Shown: in pieces, positions 1 to 12,670 of the stretch
Numbering within the stretch: the stretch's first letter is position 1
How the letters are laid out: each line of letters begins with the position of its first letter
DNA from: Chrysomallon squamiferum
Taxonomy: Eukaryota; Animalia; Mollusca
DNA: 64,000 nucleotides
NCBI GenBank assembly: GCA_012295275.1
Contig: CM022676.1
Location: 5,642,001 to 5,706,000 of the forward strand
Direction: 5' to 3'
The notes under the pieces: model-generated
Databases searched by the model: none
What the model was told of the DNA's origin: nothing
The model's input: only the letters and a program-made list of their open reading frames with translations
Translations under genes and position numbers: made by a program

Positions 1-189
1 AATAATAATAATAGAAATAATAATAATAATAATAATAACACATATAGACGTACATTAATAATAATAGTAATAATAAAAAACACATAAAAGTAACAAATCT
101 TTACTAGTAGTAGTAACAGTAGTATATGTTGTTGTTGTTGTAGTAATTTTAATAGCAGTCCAAATAGTAGTGTCCTAGTTTCTAAAGTT

Positions 190-720
190 AGCTCAAAGGT
201 AGACTTTAGCCAACAGAAAATCGAAGATATACGTAACTATAATTAAAGAAAATATATATTTTTTTAAGAACAATTAATAATATTAATCAAAGAATAAATC
301 CGTTAATATTACACATAGATAGGTGACCCACAAACATACAGATAAAAACTAATAGCAACCGAATAAACAATGACAATACAAAATTCTTCCGGGTGTCAGC
401 TTCTATTTATAGGAGCAATAAGCAAAAAGGTATGTCAAAGGTAATAGACTGATTATTCGTTGTATATGTCACTGACAACAGAAGACCGATGATAGACGTA
501 ACTGTAATTAAGGTAAATATTTCTTTGTTTTTGTTTTCTTGTTTGTTTGTTTTACCTGACAGAGAACAGTTAAGAATAATATTAACTTAAGAACAAATCC
601 GTTAATGTTAGGGGGACGGAGAGAAAGAGGTGACCCACAAACAGAGATAGCAGTTACTGTAAAGATCAATTTGTGATTTGTCACAACCTGTTTCTGTACG
701 AAAAAATGAATGTAGTGTCT
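190..720 (+). repeat. Conserved non-coding upstream module U (copy before G1)
   Basis: Hallmark TTAATGTTAGG(G/T)GGACGGAGAGAAAGAGGTGACCC recurs ~1 kb upstream of every gene. The module has an internal ~290-bp direct duplication (AAATCCGTTAAT...GGTGACCCACAAACA twice). Confidence 0.85.
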
Positions 721-1418
721 GTAGGTGTTTGTTTATATATATGTATGTATATATGTTTGTGTGTTTGTGTGTATATTTGTATGTATAAATATAGATATAT
801 ATATTTATTTGTATATATTTGTATATGTAAGTATGCAAGTAATTTCTCTGTGTGAGTGTATGTGTATATAGATATGTGTATATGTGGGTATTTGTGTGTG
901 TGTATGTGTGTATGCATATATATATTTATGTATAGGTATTTATGTATGAATATATGTATACGTATTTATGTATGTATATATATGTATGTATATCTGTAGG
1001 TAGGTATGTATGTATGGATGTATATATATATGTATCTATCTATGTATGTATGTACCTATGTATGTGTGTATGTATATATATCTGTGTGTGAGTGTGTGTG
1101 TATATATTTGTATATATATGTACGTATGTATATAATGTATGAGAGTATATATGTCTTATATATGTACGTATATGTGTTTGTATAGACACACATACGTACA
1201 TAGATACACACATACAGATATACATACATGTACACAGTAGCAGCAATAGTAATAGTAACAGCAATAATTATTATTATTATTATTGTTGTTGTTGTTGTTG
1301 TTGTTATTGTTATTTTTGTTGATGTTATTGTTATTATTGTTCTCGTTGCTGTTATTATTATTATTTTATTTGTTTTAGATTTTAATAAATATATATTACT
1401 TCAGTGTAAAAAAAACCA

Positions 1419-1431
1419 TTTTTTTTTTCAG
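1419..1431 (+). promoter_or_regulatory. Candidate 3' splice acceptor of a 5'-UTR intron
   Basis: Poly-T+CAG 210-250 nt before the ATG, retained in all six genes (G at 1431, 8417, 15415; minus strand 25147, 32267, 43408). Confidence 0.45.
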
Positions 1432-1674
1432 GAGTAAATCAAATGAACAGGTGAAAACAAACGGGAAGAAATTTAGAAATAGTTTTAACAATTCTGCGAA
1501 ATTCATATTTTTGAACACAATAAGATAAATGAAAAATAACTTCAACAAAGTATACAATTTCGATCCAGACCTATGTACAAAAAAAAAAAATCAAAAACTT
1601 AAAAACTAAACACAGGATGCAGTGATGTTGAATTTCAACCGATGACAACGTAGAAAAATAAAATTATCCAAAAT

Positions 1675-3861
1675 ATGGAAGAAAAAATTAAAAATTTAAC
1701 CGTGAGGACATCCGAAAGTGAAAACGCGAGTTTCGAACAGCAAGCAAATGAATGTTTTAAACACTACTTCCCAGATATTCTGACAAAGACTTACAGAATC
1801 CCAGCCGTTTACTTCCCTTCAGAGAATCTGAAGAAAAAAAAAGACGCGGATTACGAATTACTGGCCCAGAGTGACGAACCAACAGTCCACGGCGAAGAGG
1901 CAGAGAGACGCTTCATTGATGCTCTGGAATCTATGAAGAATTTCCGCACAGAACACATCGAAGAACCAATGATGATACTTTCCGGTTATCAATTCGAGAA
2001 TTTTCTCTGCAAGGAGATGAAGAAATCCTCCGTAAAAGAAGGAGATCATGATGTCTTGTTACTGCATCTCAACCATGGAGTGTTTTTTTTCCAGGTTAAA
2101 GGGATCGAAGAATACAAAGGCACCGGTCCGAAAAAAAGCAAGGATACCCATCATAGAAATGTGAAGGATGCTGTAAAAAAGGGCGTCGACCAGTTGATAA
2201 AGGATGAGGAGTTTTTCAATGAGGTTATGAATGATCTAAAGTTAAAAGTTGATATCAGCAAAATTTTTGTCTTACCCAATATATCCAGGGATTACCTAAT
2301 GAAGCTGGAAGCGAGTAAAGGTGCTTTGAAAGAAAATAATATGTTAAACAGCTGCATTTGTTCTGACGAAATACCCTTAACAGAAGACACGGCAGAGATC
2401 CGACAGCACAAATTAAACAGTTTGAAAAAGTGGTGTGAAAAAACTATTGAGAAGAAGAAGGGATTTAAAAATGCTGATGAATACATTGAGGTGGTGAAGA
2501 GGTACTGTGGCCTGATGTCTGTGGTGGAAATTCCAACGAGTAAAACAGAAAAAGAGAAGCGAGGAGGTAAAGTTGAGGCGCGATCTCTGGGAGAGAGCGT
2601 TTCTGAACAAGGTTACAGAATGATGAGAATAATACTGACCAAAAAACAGGCCGACATTTTGAATAGTGACGAAAAACGGATCGTGATTGAAGGCGATTAC
2701 GGGACGGGGAAAACTATTCTTCTTATCCTAAAAGCAAGACAGATGCTTAAAGAGGACAAGAAAATATGTCTGGCCAGCAGTCCGGGAACCAGCATAGTTC
2801 ATTACTTGTACCATGCTGTAACCGTAGGACTGAAAAACAAAACAGATCTGGTGAAAGTTTTTCAAGGAGAATCACTCAAGTCGATAATTAAATACATCAA
2901 CGAGGAATCAGCTCATTTGTTTTACGACGAGTTTAGTTTTTCTCAACAACGACGTCAGATGAAAATTATGGATAAAATAAAATCTAAGCACAGCACAGTG
3001 TGGATAGTTAAAAGCAAATATGAAAAGTCTGACTCAGATGAAAACTACTTTGATGGCTTCGAGAAGATACAGTTTTGCAAACCACTCCGTTGTCCACTAA
3101 ACATCCAGGACGTGATGAAGAATGGTGACACATCAAAGTTTCCCTTCGTTGACCATAAAAAGCATAGAAGTGATAAAACGTTTTACCAGTGCGATAAATG
3201 TCAATCTGAAATCAGTGATATATTTTCTTCTCTCGGACTGAAAGTCAATGGACACGATATCGCTCAACCTCAAGCTTCTGCCACGACATTATCGTCGACG
3301 CTTTCAGAACAACATCCACCGAAGCCCAGCCGTTCAGAAGGTGCCAGTGAACGTGATCAAGTCGCTGAAAAACACAGCGTTGACAACGTCAGTGAAGCTA
3401 GCACGCAGCAGTCACCTACCTCAGCGGCTTCACAAAATATGCGAGAAACAACATCACAACCAGTCAAAACTGTCTCTCCTGAACCTCTTTCCTGGTCAGA
3501 TGTGCTAGTGGTCACACAAGAACCTCTTTCAAAGCAAGAGTTAGGTTTTCCTGTCAAGTATCCTGCAGAACCTGAACCTCCAGTACAAAAAGAAACAGAT
3601 CCCATACAACCTGAAAGATCGGGGAAAACAGACAGTGATGAAGAAGAGATCAGTTTTGCCACATTCGAAAAGGATCATGTGTTGGGCAGCGCCGATTTTG
3701 CAGTGGGAACAGATAATGCTGTTGCCGTTATGGGAATTGAAAGGAAAATTGTAGTCATAGTGCATCGTGACTTAACAAAACAGCTTACTCGTGAAATGAT
3801 GGACGAACTAAAACCATTCCTTTCTAGAAGTACCTCCTATCTTATATTTGTAAACTGTTAG
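1675..3861 (+). CDS. G1: NERD-like nuclease + SF1 (Schlafen/DUF2075-like) helicase-ATPase, 728 aa, intact, single coding exon
   Basis: Long non-repetitive ORF with A at -3 of the ATG and an in-frame TAG at 1651. Nuclease-like motifs GEEAERRF, EGDHDVLLL, GVFFFQVK, then QL. Helicase-like motifs LTKKQ, IVIEGDYGTGKT (Walker A), HLFYDE (Walker B), LRCP, GIERKIVV and LSRSTSYL. Family assignment by motif recognition only. Confidence 0.85.
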   Translation: MEEKIKNLTVRTSESENASFEQQANECFKHYFPDILTKTYRIPAVYFPSENLKKKKDADYELLAQSDEPTVHGEEAERRFIDALESMKNFRTEHIEEPMMILSGYQFENFLCKEMKKSSVKEGDHDVLLLHLNHGVFFFQVKGIEEYKGTGPKKSKDTHHRNVKDAVKKGVDQLIKDEEFFNEVMNDLKLKVDISKIFVLPNISRDYLMKLEASKGALKENNMLNSCICSDEIPLTEDTAEIRQHKLNSLKKWCEKTIEKKKGFKNADEYIEVVKRYCGLMSVVEIPTSKTEKEKRGGKVEARSLGESVSEQGYRMMRIILTKKQADILNSDEKRIVIEGDYGTGKTILLILKARQMLKEDKKICLASSPGTSIVHYLYHAVTVGLKNKTDLVKVFQGESLKSIIKYINEESAHLFYDEFSFSQQRRQMKIMDKIKSKHSTVWIVKSKYEKSDSDENYFDGFEKIQFCKPLRCPLNIQDVMKNGDTSKFPFVDHKKHRSDKTFYQCDKCQSEISDIFSSLGLKVNGHDIAQPQASATTLSSTLSEQHPPKPSRSEGASERDQVAEKHSVDNVSEASTQQSPTSAASQNMRETTSQPVKTVSPEPLSWSDVLVVTQEPLSKQELGFPVKYPAEPEPPVQKETDPIQPERSGKTDSDEEEISFATFEKDHVLGSADFAVGTDNAVAVMGIERKIVVIVHRDLTKQLTREMMDELKPFLSRSTSYLIFVNC

Positions 3862-4041
3862 AGAGACAAAACAAACCATGACGTAAACTAATACTGCGTT
3901 CTTTTGTGTGTATTTATCTTGCTATGAGCACTTCTACTATATAATTAAGTTATTTCTTCTGTGTTTAATTTCTAGTTGATTTAAGTACTAATTTTTTTCA
4001 TATACGGTTTTTGTATTAATCTCGAGAGTTGTAAGTTGATT

Positions 4042-4047
4042 AATAAA
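4042..4047 (+). terminator. Candidate polyadenylation signal of G1
   Basis: AATAAA ~180 nt after the stop, in a conserved 3' flank. Also at 11056 (G2) and 18014 (G3). The AT-rich background weakens the call. Confidence 0.35.
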
Positions 4048-4243
4048 ACAGTTAATTTCATTTAGGTTTTATTTTTTATTATTATTTAGGATTGGAGGAT
4101 GAAATAAATATCTGGGTGCTGTCTTATGATATCCGTTTTTTCCTCCTCAGGTGAAAACAAGGCCGATGTTGCCTTCAACAGGAGCCTCGCTCAGTCGAGT
4201 CATCTTCAAAGGCTAAAATGATATCTTAAGTATATCTATATCC

Positions 4244-4276
<33 letters not shown>

Positions 4277-4690
4277 CATATATACAGCCAGCCTTTCTTC
4301 TGACAAAAGATTATGTATGTTTGCCTAGGTTTTTACTTGCCATGTTAGTAGGTATATAATAGACTTTTCTCTTTCTTTGTTTTTTTCAAAAGGGCTCGAA
4401 ACTGACTTCATTATTTTGTTATTCAGTAAATTTGAAATAATAAGTTATCTTATTTGTCAATGATCTGAAAACACGCTCTCCGTAATGCTGTGTCTATGTA
4501 TGACCAAAATTACATTCCTTCATGTCGATTGAAGCATGTCCAGTGATTTCCGATCCGATGATTTATGACAGGAGTCTCAGGTTTCTTCTTGTAATTTTTA
4601 TATATACGATTACACGGTACTTTTTATCTTGCCAGCGAGCTCGAAAATGATCGGTCTAAAGGAATGTAAAGTCAAAATTATTATTAAATC

Positions 4691-4771
<81 letters not shown>

Positions 4772-5092
4772 CTATGCAGTCTTCGTCTTCATATTTCAAA
4801 GTTTCGAGTTACTGTAATTACGTAGCCCAGGTTATAGCATGAAAAGATTCTTCAGGTGTTTTAAGATCCCCTATTACTTCATTAACCACGCAAATCAAAC
4901 AAACAAGTACAAAGCTGCTTAACTCCAACACTGGAAATTCTTGCTTTCTTTGAAACCTGTGTTTGCAGGTCAATACATCTGGAGATTCCTATTACTCACA
5001 AAAAATAAAAGAAATTCAGATAGTTTAGATAAAACACTGGAAATCTGTACTCACTTTGAAATGTTTCTAAAACTTTGATTAACTCTTTCTGT

Positions 5093-5679
<587 letters not shown>

Positions 5680-5680
<1 letters not shown>

Positions 5681-5836
5681 ATACATTCCCAGGCTTGCAC
5701 TGTTTTTCCGTCAAACACTAAACTAGAAAAGAAAAGTGATGATCTGAAGATAAATTTGTTTACCGTGCACAGAATCCACTGCAGGCCGTGATTGGCTGAA
5801 AACATCATCTAGATACTGCTCAGTGAATTTTGATTT
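5680..5836 (-). mobile_element. Short dispersed repeat with (CATA)n tail, copy 1 (retroposon-like end)
   Basis: Near-exact reverse complement of 20440-20600. Both copies abut a TATG/CATA tetranucleotide tract. Confidence 0.5.
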
Positions 5837-5925
5837 ATATATTTACACACTCAAAATCACAGTCTCATAGATACCAAACATATATAGATATATATTGCTA
5901 TCCATCTTAAATAAAAAAAAAAAAA

Positions 5926-5967
<42 letters not shown>

Positions 5968-5988
5968 TATTATTATTATTATTATTAT

Positions 5989-6023
<35 letters not shown>

Positions 6024-6083
6024 ACCTATAACAAATGGATATGACTAACAAATATATACATATATAAGAAATAAAGAAAAATA

Positions 6084-6129
<46 letters not shown>

Positions 6130-6588
6130 GATACTATGAAAAAATAAAAAACCTTCGGATTTACCAAGTTCCTATCTAAACAAGTAACTCCAAAAATAAC
6201 TCCAAATAAGAAAAATTCCCGTCGCAAAAATAAATGTCGGGGATCTCCCCAAAAGTTATTTATAGAATTTCAAAGTCCTCGTTCAAGTTAAACGAGAAAA
6301 CCAATAATAATAGTGATAAAAAGAAAAGAACAGGTTTATACTGATTCATGATAATCTCAGATAACAAAGAGACGTAAATAAAAGAGACTTTTAATGCTTA
6401 CTTGATATCTGAGGTTTATTTCTGTTTTTAAAATAGGTTTAAAGTACTACGTAGTTATTTATGGCTGTTTAGAACACTGGTGCAAAATAAGCTAATTATC
6501 AAGTCGTTGTTTAAGAACTGCAGACACACACACTCTGTATCTATTTCGTTTCGTGTCATTATACAGTCTTCTTTTCTTTCTTTCAGTG

Positions 6589-6707
<119 letters not shown>

Positions 6708-6846
6708 ATTTCATTCATTTCTGTATGTTTTTACATCCACATCCTGCGAATTCAAAACATGTTGTAGTTATCCATCTTCATCTATTATTCTTGTTGTTTT
6801 GTTATAAGTTGGGAACCCGCACACACAAACACACACATACACACGT

Positions 6847-6935
<89 letters not shown>

Positions 6936-7039
6936 CACATAAAAGTAACAAATCTTTACTAGTAGTAGTAACAGTAGTAGATGTTGTTGTTGTTGTAGTA
7001 GTTTTAGTAGCAGTCCAAGTAGTAGTGTCCTAGTTTCTA

Positions 7040-7580
7040 AAGGTAGCTCAAAGGTAGACTTTAGCCAATAGAAGATCGAAGATATACGTAACTATAATTA
7101 AAGTAAATTAGTTTTTAAAAGAACATTTAATAATAATATTAATCAAAGAATAAATCCGTTAATATTACGTATAGATAGGTGACCCACAAACATACAAATA
7201 GAAACTAATAGCAACCAAACAAACAATGACAATACAAAATTCTTCCGGGTGTGAGTTTCTATTTACAGGATCAATAAGCAAAAAGGTATGTCGAAGGTAG
7301 TCACTGATTATTCGTTGTATTTGTCACTGATAACAGGAGACCGATGATAGACGTAACTGTAATTAAGGTAAATATTTCTTTGTTTTTGTTTGTTTGTTTG
7401 TTTGTTTTACCAGACAGAGAACAGTTAAGAATAATATTAATTTAAGAACAAATCCGTTAATGTTAGGGGGACGGAGAGAAAGAGGTGACCCACAAACAGA
7501 GATAGCAGATATTGAAAAGATCAATTTGTGATTTGTCTCAACCTGTTTTTATACGTAAATATGAATGCACTGTCTGTAGG
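7040..7580 (+). repeat. Module U before G2
   Basis: Same hallmark sequence as 190-720. Confidence 0.85.
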
Positions 7581-7596
7581 TGTATGTCTATGTAAA

Positions 7597-7650
<54 letters not shown>

Positions 7651-7810
7651 TGTGTATATTTATATATATATTTGTATATATTTGTATATGTAAGTATGCA
7701 AGTAATTTCTCTATGCAAGTGTGTGTCTATGTAAACGTTCTATGTCTATGTAAACCCTCGCGTGTGTGTGTGATTGTGTGTGTGTATTTATATATCTATA
7801 TCTATATCTA

Positions 7811-7856
<46 letters not shown>

Positions 7857-7997
7857 ATATGTATATGCAAGTATTGTAGTGTATGTATATAGGTATGTGT
7901 ATATGTGGGTTTTTGTGTGTTTGAGTATACATATTTATGTATACGTATTTATGTATAGACATATATATGTATATATGTAGGTATGTATGCATGTATG

Positions 7998-8028
<31 letters not shown>

Positions 8029-8049
8029 GTACCTATATATGTGTGAATG

Positions 8050-8096
<47 letters not shown>

Positions 8097-8663
8097 TTGT
8101 ATACATATGTACGTATGTATATAATGTATGAGAGTATATATGTATTATGTATGTACGTATATGTGTTTGTACAGACCCACATACATACATATATACACAC
8201 ATACAGATATACATAAATGTACACAGTAGAGGCAATAGTAATAGCAACAGCAATAATAATATTATTATTATTCTTGTTGTTGTTGTTGTTATTGTTATTG
8301 ATGTTGATGTTATTGTTATTATTGTTCTCGTTGCTGTTATTATTATTTATTTATTTCTTTTAGATTTTAATAAATATTTATTACTTTAGTGTTAAAAAAC
8401 TTCTTTTTTTTTTTCAGAAGTAAATCAACTGAACAGATGAAAACAAACGGGAAGAAATTTAGAAATATTTTTAACAATTCTGCGAAATTCATAATTCTGA
8501 ATACAATTAGATAAATGAAAAATAAGTTGAACACAGTATACAATTTCCATCCAGAACTATTTAAAAAAAAAAATTTAAAAAAAAAAAATAAAAACTCAAC
8601 ACAGGATGCTGTGACGTTTAGTTTCAACCGATGACAACGTAGAAAAATAAAATTATCCAAAAT

Positions 8664-10852
8664 ATGGAAGAAAAAATTAAAAATTTAACCGTGAGGACAT
8701 CCGAAAGTGAAAACGCGAGTTTCGAACAGCAAGCAAATGAATGTGTTAAACACTACTTCCCAGATATTCTGACAAAGACTTACAGAATCCCAGCCGTTTA
8801 CTTCCCTTCAGAGAATCTGAAGAAAAAAAAAGACGCGGATTACGAATTACTGGCCCAGAGTGACGAACCAACAGTCCACGGCGAAGAGGCAGAGAGACGC
8901 TTCATTGATGCTCTGGAATCTATGAAGAAATTCCGTACAGAACATAAAGAAGAACCAATGATGATACTTTCCTGCTATAAATTCGAGAATTTTCTATGCA
9001 AGCAGATGAATAAATTCTCCGGAAAAAAGAAGGAGAACATGATGTCTTGTTACTGCATCTCAACCATGGAGTGTTTTTTTTCCAGGTTAAAGGGATCGAA
9101 CAATACAAAGGCACCGGTCCGAAAAAAAAAAAGGATTCCCATCATAGAAATGTGAAGAAGTATGTAGAAACGAGCATCAAACAACTGATAAAGGATGAGG
9201 AGTTTTTCAATGAGGTTATGAAGAATCTAAAGTTAAAAGTTGACATCAGCAAAATTGTTGTCTTACCCAATATCTCCAGGGATTACCTGATGAAGCTGGA
9301 AGCGAGTAAAGGTGCTTTGAAAGAAAATAATATGTTAAACAGCTGCATTTGCTCGGACGAAATACCCTTAACAGAAGACACGGCAAAGATCCGAGAGCAA
9401 AAATTAAACTGTTTGAAAAAGTGGTGTGAAAAATATATTCAGACGAAGAAGGGATTTAAAAATCCTGATGAATACAAGGAGGTGGTGAAGAGATACTGTG
9501 GCCTGATGTCTGTGGTGGAAATTCCAACAAGTAAAAGAGAAAAAGAGAAGCGAGGAGGTAAAGTTGAGGCGCGATCTCTGGGAGAGAGCGTTTCTGAACA
9601 AGGTTACAGAATGATGAGAATAATACTGACGAAAAAACAGGTCGACATTTTGAATAGTGACGAAAAACGGATCGTGATTGAAGGCGATTACGGGACGGGC
9701 AAAACTATTCTTCTTATCCTAAAAGCAAGACAGATTCTTAAACAGGGCAAGAAAATATGTCTGGCGAGCAGCCCGGGAACCAGCATAGTTCATTACTTGT
9801 ACCATGCTGTAACTGAAGGACTGGAAAACAAAACAGATCTGGTGAAAGTTTTTCAAGGAAAATCACTCAAGTCGATAATTAAATACATCAACGAGGAATC
9901 GGCTCATTTGTTTTACGACGAGTTCAGGATTTCTCAACAACGACGTCAGATGAAAATTAAGGATAAAATAAAATCTAAGGACAGCACAGTGTGGATAGTT
10001 AAAAGCAACTATGAAAAGTCTGACTCAGATGAAAACTACTTTGATGGCTTCGAGAAGATACAGTTTTGCAAACCACTCCGTTGTCCACTAAACATCCAGG
10101 ACGTGATGAAGAATGGTGACACATCAAAGTTTCCCTTCGTTGACCATAAAAAGCATAGAAGTGATAAAACGGTTTACCAGTGCGATAAATGTCAATCTGA
10201 AATCAGGGATATATTTTCTTCTCTAGGACTGAAAGTCAATGGACACGATATCTCTCAACCTCAAGCTTCTGCCACGACATCATCGTCGACGCGTTCAGAA
10301 CAACATCCACCGAATCCCAGCCGTTCAGAAGGTGCCAGTAAACGTCATCAAGTCGCTGAAAAACACAGCGTTGACAACGTCAGTGAAGCTAGCACGCAGC
10401 AGTCACCTACCTCGGCGGGTTCACAAAATATGCGAAAAACAACATCACAACCAGTCAAAACTGTTTCTCCTGAACCTCTTTCATGGTCAGATGTGCTAGT
10501 GGTCACACAAGAACCTCTTTCAAAGCAAGAGTTAGGTTTTCCTGTCAAGTATCCTGCAGAACCTGAACCTCCAGTACAAAAAGAAACAGATCCCATACAA
10601 CCTGAAAGATCGGGGAAAACGGACAGTGATGAAGAAGAGATCAGTTTTGCCACATTCGAAAAGGATCATGTGTTGGGCAGCGCCGATTTTGCAGTGGGAA
10701 CAGATAATGCTGTTGCCGTTATGGGAATTGAAAGGAAAATTGTAGTCATAGTGCATCGTGACCTAACAAAACAGCTTACTCGTGAAATGATGGACGAACT
10801 AAAACCATTCCTTTCTAGAAGTACCTCCTATCTTATATTTGTAAACTGTTAG
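8664..10852 (+). pseudogene. G2: paralogue with one -1 frameshift at ~9023-9029 (pseudogene, assembly error or recoded gene)
   Basis: ORFs 8664-9155 and 9047-10852 together align end to end with G1. The break is at GGA AAA AAG AAG GAG AAC where paralogues read ..K-(Q)-E-G-E/D-H-D. No other disruption seen. Confidence 0.75.
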
Positions 10853-11568
10853 AGAGACAATACAAACCATGACGGAATGTAATACTGCGTGCGTGTAATT
10901 GTGTGTATTTATTTATATGTTTGTGTTTTTATCTTTCAAAGCACTTTCTACTATATAATTATGTTATTTCTTTTGTGTTTAATTTCTAATTGATTTAAGT
11001 ACTAATTTTTTTCATATACGTTTTTTATATTAATCTCGAGAGCTGTAAGTTGACTAATAAAACAGTTAATTTCGTTTAGGTTTCATTTTTATTATTATTT
11101 AGGATTGGAGGATGAAATAAATATCTGGGTGCCTTCAACAGGTTAAAGCTGATATCTTAAGGCAATGATGCTATATGTATATATATATATACATATACAC
11201 ATATATACAGCCAGCCTTTCTTCTGACAAAAGATTATGTATGTTTGCCAAGGTTTTTATTTGCCATGTTAGTAGGTATATAATAGACTTTTCTATTTCTG
11301 TGGTTTTTTCAAAAAGAGCTCGAAACTGACTTCATTATTTTGTTTATTCAGTGTTTAGGCTCTCGTAATGCTGTGTCTAGTATGACCAAAATTACATTCT
11401 TAATGTCCATGTCAACGATCCGATGATTTATGACAAGTCTCAGGTTTCTTCTTGTATTTTTTGTATATACGATTACACGGTTCTTTTTATCTTGCCAGCG
11501 AGCTCGAGAATGATCGGTCTAAAGGAATGTAAAGTCAAACGTATTGTCAAATCAGAATGAATGTTTGC

Positions 11569-11648
<80 letters not shown>

Positions 11649-12221
11649 TGTGTGTGGGTGGGTGTGCGAGTGTGTGTGTGACTATGCAGTCTTCGTCTTC
11701 ATATTTCAATGTTTCGAGTTACTGTAATTACGTAGCCCAGGTGATAGCATGAAAAGATTCTTTAGGTGTTTTAAGATCCCCTATTTACTTCATTAACCAC
11801 GCAAATCAAGTACAAAGCTGTTTAACTCCAACACTGGAAATTCCTGTTTTCTTTGAAACCTCTGTTTCCAGGTAAATACACCTGGAGATTCCTATTACTC
11901 ACAAAAAATAAAAGAAATTCAGATAGTTTAGATAAAACACTGGAAATCTGTACTCACTTTGAAATGTTTCAAAAACTTTGATTAACTCTCTCTCTCTGTC
12001 TCTCTGTCTCTCTATTTCTGTCTCTCTCTGTCTGTCTCTTTATCTCTGTCTCTCTATCTCTCTATATCTGTCTCCCAATCTCTGTGTCTCTATCTCGGTC
12101 TCTCTCTTTTTCTCTCCATCTCTCTCTGTCTCTCTATCTCTCTGTCTTTCTGTCTCTCTATCTCTGTCTCTCTCTCTGACTCTCTCTCTGTCTGTCTCTC
12201 TATCTCGGTCTCCTATCTCAA

Positions 12222-12670
12222 CCCGAAAGTTCTTTCAATTAGAGATCCCATACAACCCGATTGTTCAGTGAAAACAGATCGAGATCCCATACAATCCGAA
12301 GGTTCAGTGAAAACAGATACAGATCCCATAGAACCCGAAAGTTCAGTGAAAACAGATAGAGATCCCATACAACCCGAAAGTTCAGTGAAAACAGATAGAG
12401 ATCCCATACAACCCGAAAGTTCAGTGAAAACAGATCGAGATCCCATACAACCCGAAAGTTCAGTGAAAACAGATCGAGATCCCATACAACCCGAAAGTTC
12501 AGTGAAAACAGATAGAGATCCCATACAACCCGAAAGTTCAGTGAAAACAGATAGAGATCCCATACAACCCGAAATGTTCAGTGAAAACAGATCGAGATCC
12601 CATACAACCCGAAGGTTCAGTGAAAACAGATAGAGATCCCATACAACCCGAAAGTTCAGTGAAAACAGTG
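12222..12670 (+). repeat. 39-bp tandem minisatellite, ~11-12 copies (13-aa KTDRDPIQPESSV)
   Basis: Unit AGATCCCATACAACCCGAAAGTTCAGTGAAAACAGAT(A/C)G is visible directly. ORF 12268-12633 shows the peptide repeat. Confidence 0.95.

Noticed and set aside
403-412. CTATTTATAG in module U as MEF2 site or reverse TATA box
   Set aside because: Not conserved in most U copies (CTATTTACAG, CTATTTATAC) and expected by chance in AT-rich DNA.
608-1437. Short ORFs rich in HT/YI/CV/SL/ER/poly-I/poly-L here and throughout the window
   Set aside because: They are translations of di-, tri- and tetranucleotide microsatellites with no coding signal.
3248-3765. Recurrent overlapping or antisense ORFs (MDTISLNLK..., MAKLISSS..., MFRNALSQ...) in each copy
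   Set aside because: Shadow frames that recur only because the parent CDS is duplicated. Many use non-ATG starts.
1675-3861. Helitron RepHel, viral or bacterial-contaminant origin of the helicase ORF
   Set aside because: No HUH Rep or PIF1 signature recognised, no operon, integrase or capsid genes, and the ORFs sit among eukaryotic microsatellites with co-duplicated flanks.
1675-3861. Assigning the symbol SLFN or an NLR/NACHT call
   Set aside because: The N-terminus looks NERD-like, not AlbA_2. There are no LRR/TPR/death domains, and the C-terminal GIE and SR motifs fit SF1 helicases.
12222-12670. 39-bp array (and the 97-bp array at 20839) as CRISPR
   Set aside because: Units are contiguous without unique spacers, there are no cas genes, and the 39-mer derives from the gene's own coding sequence.
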